The notes under the pieces are model-generated. The model had not been told where the DNA came from. It worked only from the letters and a program-made list of their open reading frames with translations, and searched no databases. From Lama guanicoe (lineage: Eukaryota): a DNA stretch of 64,000 nt. Positions 38,171 to 50,889 of this stretch are shown here, piece by piece; position 1 is the first letter of the stretch, and the number at the start of each line of letters is the position of its first letter. The DNA lies in contig MU056050.1 in NCBI GenBank assembly GCA_013239625.1, positions 1,226,084 to 1,290,083 on the forward strand. The letters run 5' to 3'. The translations under genes were made by a program, and so were the position numbers.

Positions 38171-39614
38171 GTAAGATAAGACAAATAACTTTCTTGACAT
38201 CAAGAAACTTGTATATTGGGAAAGTGGACTGAGAGAATATATATAACAAAGTGGAAACAGTGGGTTGCATAGATTCAGAGTGCTGAATCAATGTGGGTAC
38301 AACTTAGAGTTTCTTATACGTAGTTACTTAAATAAATGCCGAATTTACAAACTCTTAATTTCCTTGACAGTACTGCACATCTGTCAGTCAGTTCCAGCCT
38401 ATACTTTGTTTAATGGCAAATAAAGAAGTCTGGATTGGAACAATTTTGAACAAATTGGAACAAAATTGGAACAATTTTTCTGGTATCAAACATTTGTAGA
38501 TGACTTGTTATGACCAACTTTCAGTTTAATCAAAATATATGAAATCTATTAATATTTCTGTACTAGCTTCCTTTTTTATATATCTATTTTCAAATATAAA
38601 TATCTTTACCATTTCTTAAACACAATCTAAATTTATCATGCTACTTAAAATTCACAATCAGTTTTATGTGCAGACCTGGGTAATGTTTCATATAAGGAAT
38701 GAAAATAAAAATAATATAAAATGAATTAAATCCAAAAGCAGCAGTTTTCTCTGTAGGCCTCATGAGAGCCTTGACTAAAGCCCCTAATCCAAAATGAGTT
38801 AAATTCAATCAATAGCTAACAGTAAATATTTGAAATATACATTCTTATGCATATTACAAATTTATAGAAAATTAAGAAGGGAAACATCATTATATAAACA
38901 TCTCAAAACTTAATGGCACAATATTAATAATTCATCCAAAATCAAGAAATAACACTATTGGTGGTAATAGTTATCATTTTACTAGATGACCTAACCAGTG
39001 CATTAAGACAAGAAAGAAAGAGATATAAATATTAGAAATTGATACAAAGCTGAGAATGCTTTCAAATGACTTGATTGATCTGATTGTCAAATAATTAATA
39101 TTTGACTAGAAGGAGTTTTATAACACGTCAGCAATATCCAAATAATATATTGCGAATAGAAAAATAAAGATGCATATTAAAACAGATAAGAGCTTTAATT
39201 TTATTTTAGAGTAAACATAACCAGAAATATAAAAGGCCTATACAAAGGAAATGTTAAAATTTATTGACAGACATAAAGTTCTAACTAGGAAGACCAAACA
39301 TTTTTCTTTCATTCTAAAGATTTGTGAATTTAGTCAACTTTTAGAAATTAATTTATAGTAATTCCTTAATAATTTTGTCATCTTCATTTCTTCTATTTAC
39401 TCATTTGTAATTCCTAATAGTAAAATATTCTCTTTATGGGGTTGAATCCCTATGTCACTTATCATTGCTTTTACATATTCTTTGTCTTTTCCTTTCTCTC
39501 TGCAATAATACATGTATTTCTTAAACATTTTTTTCCCAGCGGCTTTATTGATTTACTTTCATATAATAATCATGTTTTGTTTTCTGATGCTATTTTATGA
39601 CATTCAGTTTCATT

Positions 39615-40320
39615 TTTAATCAACTTTTTCATTTTGAGAAAGTTGTAGATTCACATGCAGTTCTAAGAAATAATATAGATCCTCTTATACCCCTTACCCA
39701 ATTTCTCCCAGTGATATCTTACAAATCTATAATATAATATCACAACAGAGATATTAAAATTGAAACAATTAAGATATAGAACATTTTTATTACCATAAGG
39801 ATCCCTCATGCTGCCCTTTTATAGTCATTCCTATTTCCTTCCCATCCCACCCCTTCCTTAAACCCTGGTGACCATTAATCTGTTTTGCATTTCTATAATT
39901 TTGTAACTTCAAGCATTTCATTAATATCTTATATAAATACAGAATTTATATAGTGTGTATTTGGCTTTGTTCACTTGGTATAATTCTTCAGAGATTCATA
40001 CAGGTTGCTACATGTATCATTAGTTCATTGATTTTCATTGCTTATTATTCCATGGTATGGATGTACCACAGTCTGTTTAACCAATCGACCATTGAAGGGT
40101 ATCTGCATTGTTTACAGTTTTGGACTATTACTAATAAAGCTAGTATAAACATTCACTTACAGGTGTTTGTATAAATAGAAATTTTCATGTCATTGGTATA
40201 AATGCCCAGGAGTGCAATTGCTGACTTGAATGGTAGTTGTATGTTTAGTTATTTAAGAAATTGTCAAACTGTTATCCAGAGTGACTATACCATTTTACAT
40301 TCCCACCAGCAATATGTGGT
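39615..40320 (-). mobile_element. L1MD-like 3' end
   Basis: attttgagaaagttgtagattcacatgcagtt.taagaaataata...ccttacccaatttctccc...cattttacattcccaccagcaat. Confidence 0.8.
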
Positions 40321-42589
40321 GTTCTCATATCTCTTTGAGAATATTAATTAGGTTATTTTAAAATGTCTCTTCTCTTTCCTGAACTACATTTATTCTGGGC
40401 TCAATATTCTGCTTGTTGTTTTTAAACTTACTATTTCATTCTGTTGATTTTTATCATATATGTTAAATTTCAGTTGTCTGTTCATGTATTTCAGAATGAA
40501 GTATTTTGTTGACTATTGTAGGTAAGTTGAAATTGGTTTTCTCTGCTGTTGTGTAGGCAGGTGTGTTTTCTGGTGGGCTTCTCACCTGATTGGGAAGCCT
40601 ACACGGAAGCTTTGTTTCTGGGTCTAGGCTGGACATTTTGAATGGCAAGCCTCATTTTAAGATGCCTGTATAAAGAGTCAGAATGTTTGGCTTGGGATCC
40701 CCAAATCCCAGACTGTGGAATGCTTTAATTCAGGTATCAAATTCAATATTTGAGGGCCTAACTACACATGGAGATAAGCACTCCAGTTTTGAGGAATGTG
40801 TGTATGTGTGTGTATGCACACGCATGTGTACATGAGTGTTTTGAACACGGAGCAGGAGGCAGGGAATTGGCCTGTGTGGAGGATACATACAGAGAGCAGG
40901 AAAGGATTAGGATGCGGGTGGAGACTTGTCAAGATTCCATAGAAGGTCATTAAAATTAGCACCCTTCTAACTTCACTTTTCACCATCTCTCTGTGTGGAA
41001 GAGTTGGACAATATGGAATGATGGTAGAGATTGGCACAGGTTTCTGATAGGCATTCAAATTATCACCTCTATATCCTCTTGTACATACTTGCTTCAGGAA
41101 TAGATCCCCACTGGGGTTTTCCAATGAAGATCAGCTCATAGTTCTATTATAGGTACCATATTCATGTATTTAGAACCACATTTAGAACAGAATAAGAGAA
41201 TAAGCCGTCCTGGGCTCCATGGTTTAGATGATCCCAATTATAAACACACAGAAAACTTAAACTTATTAAAGGACATATAGCAACTTCTGTCCCTTAGCAT
41301 CTGCCACTCCTGGACCACAACCCTAAGCAAGCCCTCTTGTGAGTGACATTATTTAGATCCAGGAGAAAACATTTTCCCACCTATCTTGCTCTGTGCCCAA
41401 GGGTATCCAAATACCAAGGAATTTTATGTATTGGCTACAGATACTGATTCAGTTTGTGAAAAACATTTCAATGCCTTATGTAGTAGAAAACAAAAATTAG
41501 TTAACATGTTTATCTTTTTTCTCTCAGACAATAGGAATCCAGTAGATTCTTCCTTAAGGAAGTATTATTTCACAGTAGTTCCAAGCATCCCTTTCCTTCC
41601 TTTTCTTTATGTTCCAAAAATCTTGTTTCTGGAGGGACACATGTGACTTTCATAACCATTGTACAATGCAGCTGAGAAACATTTTGCTATATTTAACAAT
41701 TCCTTTTACATGTGCATATATGTTGTTCTTTATGTTGGCTAGTAGGTGAGCATTGAAAGGTAACATTGCAAATATCTTTATTTATAATACTATTTGATAA
41801 GATTTGAGTAAATTAAAAAATTCAATTTATTTCAGCTTTATTTTAGCATTTTAAAATTTTGATAGTTAAACTGTGTATTTGGCTTTTAATTTTAAAATGT
41901 TGAATATTATATAACTTGAAAGCATATATGAAAATAACTATGTTTTAGTATATTTAACTTTATGAACATAAGTTCAAGATTTGTATATTTTGACGTGATC
42001 ACACTTTACATTTTAATCTTTTATAGCATTACTGTTAATAAGAAAATCTTTATTTTAACAACATTAAAAAAATGAAAAAGTATGGAATGAATATTCATAG
42101 GTTGTGAATTACATAGATCTATATTTTATTACTCAACCAAATATCACTGGCTAGTCAATAGAAAATCAAGTTATACATTAATAATTAAATTCAATTTTTA
42201 ATATCCTGCCAAAGTTCAGTTATATAAAAATAGTCAACCAGGCTTTTAACTTTTTTCAAAACAGGAGAATATATATGTTTTATGTGACAGATTGTGAGCT
42301 TGACTTAGAGATCTTATACTCTCGCCAGGTCCCCGAATTGTTAAAGATGTGTCCCAATCCTATTTGAATTCTGGTTCCAAAAATGTGTTCAAATCTTTTT
42401 GCTATTTTTTCTTACTCTTTTTAGTTCAAATATTTCACAATGATATTTTTGAAAAATAACACACAAAAATAATTCTGCCAAGTCTTTAGTAAACACTTTC
42501 ACCTCAAAATAAATGCTTTCTTTTGTTTTACACTTGACTGCTTTTTTTCTCTTCCAAGAATGCATATTTTTCTATGGAACTCCCATTGT

Positions 42590-42748
42590 AACTTAAAGTA
42601 AGGTCTGCAGATCAGCAACTTCTACATCTCTTGGGAACCAATGAGAAATGTAGCATCTCAGGCCCTAGCCCAGATTTACTCAATCAGCATGTGCTTTTTA
42701 ACAAGATCACTGTGTGATTTATATCCACATTAGTGTTTGAGGGACTCA
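42590..42748. mobile_element. MER5A-like hAT-Charlie DNA transposon relic
   Basis: aaagt..ggtc...agatcagca...catc.cttgggaac...tgagaaatg.ag.atctcaggccc...cccaga.ttact.aatcag...ttttaacaagatc...gtgatttatat.cacatta..gtttgag. Confidence 0.8.
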
Positions 42749-43978
42749 GTTCAATACCTTGGCTATCATAAATTCTGTGTTTTCCCTTTAATTCTATATT
42801 TAGGGAGAATTCTCTGATATAATAATTAAATTTTTCTAATTCAGATATTCATTGTCATGTATGCTATTCAGTGCCACTAAGGAGTGTTTTATTACTATTA
42901 TTGTTATCTGTGACATCAATTTTTATTTCTGTGAAAGTTACCTTCTATTTTTATTCTCTCATTATACTTGTTGATTTCCCCTTCTCCTGGTACTCTAAAT
43001 TTTTATGTATACTTTTCAGTTATGTAAATATGTGCATATAGATTGATAATTGTGCTATTTTCCTGGAGGACTGACCATTTTGTCATTTTATGAAATCTTC
43101 CTCTTTATCACTGGTAATGTTGCTTGCCTTAAAGTCTACTTGATTTAGTAACAGTCCTGTTAGAGTAGCTTTCCTCTTAGTATTTTCATAGTGAATGTTT
43201 TGATTGTTTTATTTTGAACCTAAGTATTTTCATTTAAATTGTGTTTTTGGTAAGTAGCACATAGTTGTATTTCTCCCATTATGTAATATGAACATCTCAG
43301 TCTTTTACTTAGAGTGTAACTCTTATATTTAATGTAGTTACTAATACAGACAGCTATCTTAACATTTGTTTTTTATCTGACTCTCCTATTTTATATTCCT
43401 TTTCTCTCTTGCCTTGTGCTTGCCTAAAAAGCACAATGTTTTAAAATTTTTAAAATTTTCTCTATTAACTTGTTAATTACAAATTCTTTTTTACTATTAT
43501 GTTATAACTGTAGAAGTTACAATATATGTACACTTGTTATATCTTAGTCAAACACAAATTATTTTTACTACTGCACCCATAAAAAAATAACTTGTAACAT
43601 TTTAACTTCACTAACCCCCTTTAACCTTTGCATTTGATCAAATATTTTAGTTCTTTATAAAATTTAAATTCTATAAGACATTATTTAAGTCAGCAGTCAT
43701 TTACTTCTACCTGTAAATTTCATACAGCATTACTTTTATCGTGTTGTACTGTCATAATTTACGTGAGCATATATTTACCTTCTCTATGGCTTGTCATTCA
43801 TTCCAGCAATTATGTCTTTCTCCCTGGGATTCTTCTGCTGAAAAACTCCTTTTAGTATTCCTGTATCGAAGGTCAGCTGAGAAGTAGTTTTCCAAGTTTC
43901 ATTTTGTTATTATATTTCATTTTATTTACTTTATTTTCTGCCTTTTGATCTTAAAATGCTTTTATTTTGTCTTTATAT

Positions 43979-44355
43979 TGCTAAAAACCAAAATCCAACT
44001 GAGTACATTTGAAGATCTACTTGGCTTTATTGAATGATTCATGAATAGGGCAACATCTCATCTAGTAAAGACAAAGGAGCTCCAAGGAACTGGACAAGAT
44101 GGAAGTCTTTTTTTAGACAGAAGGGGACAGGGACAAGGAAATCGTGAATTATTTCATCTTTCTTTGGGGATCAAAGGGGTCTATCAAGCAGATTACCTCC
44201 CTCCCTAATGCTGATACGGAAATTCCAGACTGGTTAAGGTTACATTCCTGGAAGGGTCTGAAACTGCTATTAGACTAGATACTAAGTCTTGGTTTGGTTT
44301 GCTGATGTGGGACTTAGCACAAGTGACACTATTTTAGGCCTGTTTGTTTTTAACA
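43979..44355 (-). mobile_element. ERV1-class solo LTR (MER4/MER57-group-like) with 4-bp TSD
   Basis: TGctaaaaac...gtttttaaCA short terminal inverted ends. TSD atat (43975-43978 / 44356-44359). AATAAA on minus near 44027. Confidence 0.8.
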
Positions 44356-44409
44356 ATATATTATGGCAAATTTGGCTATGTACAAAGTTCTACTTGAATT
44401 GTTTTCTTT

Positions 44410-45420
44410 TTGGACTAGAAGCTACCTAAGTCTGGTTCTGATACTTGCTTTGTCTCTTCAGAGTGTATTTTTTTCTTGCCTTTTAGTGTATGCCTTGTAG
44501 TTTTTTTTTCCCCAAAAAAGCCAGACATGATATGTCAGGTAACATAAAAAAATATTACTGTGATGTTTTATGTTAATCAGACTATAAGATGGACTGTCAT
44601 TCATGGTATCTGTAGCTGTAGTTGCCAGAGGCTTCAAATTCCTCTTATGACTTTGTTTTTGTCTCCTTTGTTGACTTTAGAATTCCCTAACTCAGAGAAA
44701 GTCTTTGTTATGCAGCTCTTTTAGCTGGAAGCCACTGTTATATGGAATCAAATACCTGTTAGTATGGTCACAAGGTATTGGAGAAGAGAAGTCTTCTTTA
44801 ATTTTATGATTAAATGTCAGTCCCTTAGTGGGCTTCTATCTTTGAACTGTGACTTTCATCAATGTTTCTTACCCTTAATATCTCATTTTAGGAAGGCTTG
44901 AAAGGGTAGAATTGAATAAATGCTCTTCTCCCTAGGTATAATAAGGCTCTGGTAAAGCCTTTTCTCCTGAAAGTAGCCCTTTGTTTTGGAGAACACTCTT
45001 GGCATATTTCAAAACGGTTATGTTTCCCTTTCCCATCTCCCAGCTCATAGAGGATCCTTCCAACATTTTCACTGTGAGGCTCTCATAGGGCTCCTGAAGG
45101 CAAAATCCATGAAAGTGTACCCCGAACACACATGCCAAAACGCTGCAGCTCTTAGGAGTTCTCCCTCATGCTAGTTCACACTCAACTTCCAGCTATTTGC
45201 CAGAATTACAACTTAAGTGTTCATAGACTTTTGCTTCCAGGAGGTCTCAGCTGTGGTTCTCTATTTACCTATCTCTCCAGATTGCAAAATGGCAGTTTTC
45301 CCTGTGACTACAGGGGAAAGAAGAGTCCTTAATTTTCAGTTAGTTCAACGTTTTTCTTTTTGTGATGATGGAAATAGCTACCTCCCAGCTCTTTACATGT
45401 CAGAGTTGAAACTAGGAGTC
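44410..45420 (-). mobile_element. Old LINE-1 (L1MD-like) 5' region
   Basis: ggctctggtaaagccttttctcctgaa...cagctctttacatgtcagagttgaaactaggagtc resembles an antisense L1MD 5' end as recalled. Confidence 0.6.
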
Positions 45421-45863
45421 TCTATTGGTTTGTTTATAACTTCTGAAAGAGTAAATGTTTTTAAGATTTTTTTTATTTCATAAAAAAGTATATCATGCTA
45501 TATGCAGTCTTTGGGGACTCATTTTTCCTTAACATTCCTATCACAAAATTCTTTCATACTTTTTGTGTGTTGCTAGTTCATTTGTTTTGAAGACTGTATA
45601 ATATTCCATTTTAATATACCACAGTTAATTCATCTACATCATTGTTTAGGATCCTTTGGATTTTTTCCAGTTTGTTAATACTATGAACAGTATCAATGAC
45701 TATTAGCATAGTAGGCTATGACTATTCCTCTACAGTGTCTTGTCGGAAATACACAAGAGTTTCTGTTTAGTATATATGTAGGATGGCAATTCCTGGCTCA
45801 TATATATGTCTATTCAACTTTAGGAGATAATACTAATGGCTTATCAAGGTATATGTGTATATA

Positions 45864-45900
<37 letters not shown>

Positions 45901-47066
45901 TTATTTCATTCTGTTAATATAGTGGATTAAAATGATTTATTGTCAAATGGCAAACCAACTTTGCATTTCTGGGATAAATTCCAACAAATTGTGGTGTATG
46001 ATTTTTGTATATTGCTGTAAATTATGTACTGATATTTTGAAAGGGATTTTGTATCTATGTTTATATAGAGAGCTATTGGGAAAAATGTTAATTTTCCATA
46101 GTATTTTTGTCAGCTTTTGGTATCAGGGTTTTCATGTCCTGGCTAGCTGATTTAGGAAGGATTTCCTCACTTCTATTTATGGAAACAGTTTTTTTTAGAT
46201 AAGGAATTATTTATTGCTTAAATATTTGATTAATTAATTAATTGAAGATAATATCTGTGCCTGGAGGTTTTCTTCCTTCCATCCTTCCTCCCTGCTTTCT
46301 TCCCCCCCCCATTCATGCTTTCTTTCTTTTCCTCTTCCATTTCTTCTCCCTCTCTTCCTCTCTTTCTTTTTCCCTAGCTCTCTTTCCATTTTATGTTCTT
46401 CTTTTCTTAGGTGGTTTCTGATTATGAATTGAATTACTTATAAAGAATGGTTTTCTAAGTTTTTATTTCTTCGTCTGTTAGTTTTGGTAATTCATGGTTT
46501 TCAATAAATAACTCTAGTTATCTAGGTTGTTGAATTTAGTGGTATAGAAAGATTTATAATATTATTTATTACCCTTTTAACGTCTGTAGTCCTTTTAATA
46601 TGTTTACTGATACTGCCTTTTTAATTACTGCTCTATGCACTAGGTATGTCTTTTTTTCTTAGTCAATCTGGTTAGTAGCTTACATTTTTTATCATTTTTC
46701 CTCAAAATACCATATCTTAACTGTATTATTTATTGTTCTCTCTCCTCTTTCTTGATTTATGATCTTATTTTTAGATTTACCTTCTATTATTTTAGGTTCA
46801 ATTTGCTCTTTTACTTGTCTCTTACGGTTCAAGATTAGGTCATTTAACAATCTTTTTTCTAGCAGTTATTTATATTTACTGATTTCTCTCTAAGCATTGC
46901 TCTGGTTACATTCCACAAATTTTGATACTTGGATATTCATTGCTGTATATGTTAGGTTTTCAGCTGACAAAATTTACTATTTTTTCTTGTGTTTTTTTTT
47001 GATCCATAGATTATTAATACATGTGTTCCAGAAATTCCAAAATTGAAGGAATTTCTTTATATTGTT

Positions 47067-47523
47067 TGTTATGGGTTGAATTATGTTCCTGCCTGAAAAA
47101 AGATATGTTGATGTCCTAATTCCTAGTATCTCAGATTGTGACCTTACTGGGAAGTAGGCTCTATGTAGATGTAATTAGCTGAGATAAGGTCATACTGGAG
47201 TCAGATGAACCTTTTATCCAGCATGACTGATGACCTTATAAGAAGGCAGCCCTGAGAAGATAGACAGAGAGGAAGTCATATGGAGACAGGGAATCAGAGT
47301 GATGCATGTACAAGCCAAAGAATGCCACAGATTGTCAAACCACTAGAAGCTAAGAAAAGACAAGGAAGGATTCCCTTATAGGTTTTAGAGGGAGATTGGC
47401 TTTGGTGACACGACGCATTGATCCCCCACTTCTAGCCTCCAGAACTGAAACAATGAATTTCTGTTGCATTAAGCTCCCCCAAATTGTAGTACTTTGTTCT
47501 GGCAGGCCTAGGAAACGAATACA
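47067..47523 (+). mobile_element. MLT1 (MLT1B/C-like) solo LTR
   Basis: TGttatgggttgaatt.tgt...tctcaga.tgtgaccttactgg...caagccaaagaatgcca...ctagcctccagaactg...ggcaggcctaggaaacgaataCA. Confidence 0.9.
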
Positions 47524-50500
47524 CTATTATTTGTATGGTTTCAATTATGTTAAATTCATTGAGGATTTTGTCTTAGGGCTCAGCGTACCTTCTACCTTGA
47601 TAAATGTTCCCTGCACTGGAATATACATGCTGCACTTGTTGGTATAGCAGTCTTTAAATGTTAGATCAAGTTGATGGTGGTTTGCAAATCTTTTTTATCT
47701 TCACTGATTTTTTTCTACATGTTTTGTCAGGTATTGAGAAAGGGATGTTACTTCTCTGTGAGTGCTGATTTTTGTATTTTAGTCTATTGATTTTTACTTA
47801 GTATAGCTTTTTATATCAGCTTTAATATGTCATATTCAATTTTTATAACTTTCCTTAACTATTTACTGTCACTCTGTGGCTTTTCCATTAAATTGTTTCT
47901 ACTAAACACCATATAGTTTAGTCTTGCTTTTGTATCAGGTTTGGCAATCTCTGCCTTTTGATTCTAGTGCCAGTCAATTTATTAACTGATTTAGTACAGA
48001 TATTTACTTTGTCTTTTCTGCAGATTCAGTTTTCTGTCATATATAATTTCTCTTCAGCCTGATGAACTTCTTTTATCATTTATTATATTGTATGTCTGTT
48101 GGGGGCAAATTCTCTCAACTTTTACCTGTTGAGAAAGTTTTTATTTCATATTATAGGTTGCAAAGATATTCTATGTGTTCTTCCAGCAGGTATATAAATT
48201 AAGTTTTTACATTTATGTCTATGATCATCCTGAAATGAAATTCTGTGTATGGAGTAAGATAGGTTCCAAGTTCATTATTCCCTCATAATCATATCCAGTT
48301 GTCCCAGTACCATTTGTTGATAAGACTGACTTTCTTTTCCCCATTAAATTGTAGGAATATGTTTGTGGAAAGTCAAATGACCATATAAGCTTAGATCTGA
48401 TTCCAAATTCCCTATTTTATTCCATTTATTGACACATCTATCCTTATATCAATACCATTATGTCATGGTTAATGAAGCTTTTTTGTTAAGTCTTGATACC
48501 TGGTAGTAAATATCCCACAACATCCCTCTCCTTTTGAAAAGTAATGCTGGCTCTTCTACAGCTTAGGAGCATCAGACTGTCACTTTCTTCAGTATCAGAG
48601 CAAGATTCTCTCAATTCACAAACATCAATTATCCCTCCATTCATTTAATCATTCTTTAGCATTCCTCATCTATGTCATGTGGTTTTCCGTAGTGAGCTCT
48701 TGGAAAATTTCATTACATTTATTTGTAACTATTTAATATTCTCATGTCATTTTAATAATTTAGAATCAAAATTTACAATATTTTGTTGCTAGTATATACT
48801 GATAAAATTACTTTTTTGTATTTTAACTTATGTGAACTATAGTTCTATGGTTAAGACCTGAAATATAATGTTGTTTAGAAGTAATAAGAGCAGACATCCC
48901 TGACTTTTCCTTATTTTATGGGGAAACTGTTTGGTATTACAACAGTAAGTATGATGTTAGCTGTAGGTCTTTGCTAGAAGGATGTTAGCACACGGAGGGA
49001 CTTTCCTTCTATTTATAGTGTGTTGAAGTTAGTTACTATGATTGAGTTTTGAATTTCTTAAAGTCTTTTCTACATCTCTTGAGATCATTATTTTTGCTTC
49101 TTATATTTGAAACGGATTTATGATAATGTAAGTGGATTTTAGAGTTTTAAACCAACCTTACATTCCTGAGATAAACCCTCTTTGTTATAATCTATATTCC
49201 TTTTTTGATATTGATCGATTCTATTTATAATGTTTTCTTAATGAATTTTGACTCTGTGCTTCTAAGTAATTTTGAACTATAAATTTATTTTCTTATAATA
49301 TCCTTGTGAGACTTTTGTATAAAGATTACATTGTCTCATATAATTAATTGTGATATGTTCTCACTTTTTTATTTTCTAAAAATGTTTGTACAAGGTTGAT
49401 GTTATTTCTTACTTAAATGTTTGATGAAATTCACCAGTAAAATTGGGCATTGTTAAAACTATCTGGGCCCACGTCCAATAAGACTTGTTATGTTGTGTTT
49501 TCATTTTCATTCAGTTTGAATTATTTTCCTAAATTTCCTTGACATTTATTTTTTAATCCATACATTATTAATGTGTTACCAAATATTTGGTTATTTTCTA
49601 GATACCTTATTGATACCAAATGGTTTTAAATTTGATATAATTGTGATCCAACAGCATATGCATTATGATTTCAGTACTTTGATAACTTTGAAACTTGTTT
49701 TATGGTCCAGCACATTGTCTGTCTTGTGGAACTTTTTATGTGCACCCGAAAATGTGTGTATTCTGCAGTTGTATTATAATGATACCTATTAATTAGTTAA
49801 TGTTAATTTTTGGTGGTTTTCTTATCTTCCATATACCTACTATTTTTTTGACCACTTGTTCTATTAATTAACAATTTATGAGGTTTAAAATTTCTAACTT
49901 TGTTCTAGATTTGTATATTTCTCCCTTAAGTTCTGTAAGTTTTTGCTTTATACACTTTGAAGTTTTCTTACTATCTTCAAAAGATTCAGATTTCTTTTCT
50001 CTTCATGATTAATCTTTGTGTCATTATGAATGTTCTTTATCTTTGGCTATATATGTTATTTTAAAGTCTACCTTGTCTGACTTTAATATAATTTTGCCAG
50101 ATTTTTAATGATTAGAATTTTCTTAATATCTCAGCCAGTGTCTTTATATTTAAAATATGTTTCTTCCTTTTTGACCAGTCTGACATTTTCTGACTCAAAA
50201 TTAAAATGATTACTTAGTTTATGCTTAATGCACTTATTGATATAATAAGATTTAAATCTATCCTCTTGATATTTATGTTATGTTTTTACCATATATTATT
50301 TGTTCCTATTATCTTTTCCCATCATTTTTGGATTAAGCAAGCATTTAAAAATATTTATTTTTATCTCCTAAAGTTTTAGCTAAAATGTTCTGGGTTATGT
50401 TTCAGTTATTATCCTAAAGATTATAATATGCACCTTAAACATCATATTATACTATCTCGTGAATGATTTAGTCACATTATAACACCATAATTCTCTCATC

Positions 50501-50889
50501 CTTTGTGTTCATGTTATAAACCTCACAGGATATTACTTCCATTTTTGTTTCCAACAACCCAAGATTTTGAAAGAAACAGAAATACATGCATAAAATAAAG
50601 ATAATACAATTTTTAAAATATTTAACCACATATTTACTTGGTCCTATGCTCTCTATTAATTTCTCCTTTAGCATTTCTTTTAGTGTAATTCTGCTTGAGA
50701 TCAATTCTTTTAGCTTTTGTGTTTTTTTTAAAGTATTTTGCCTTGATTTTAGACTATATTTTTTGCAGGGTGAAAAAATTTTGATGGCATTTTTGTCCTT
50801 GACTTTCCACACTTTAAATATATCAGCCTGTTTTATTCTGGCTTCTATAGGTTTTATGAAAAATTAACTGTCATTCTTATTGTAAAAGC

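Noticed and set aside
38433..38478. ttggaacaa repeated about four times, possible array or binding-site cluster
   Set aside because: Short slippage-type repeat with no unique spacers and no further support. Not CRISPR-like, and this is eukaryotic DNA.
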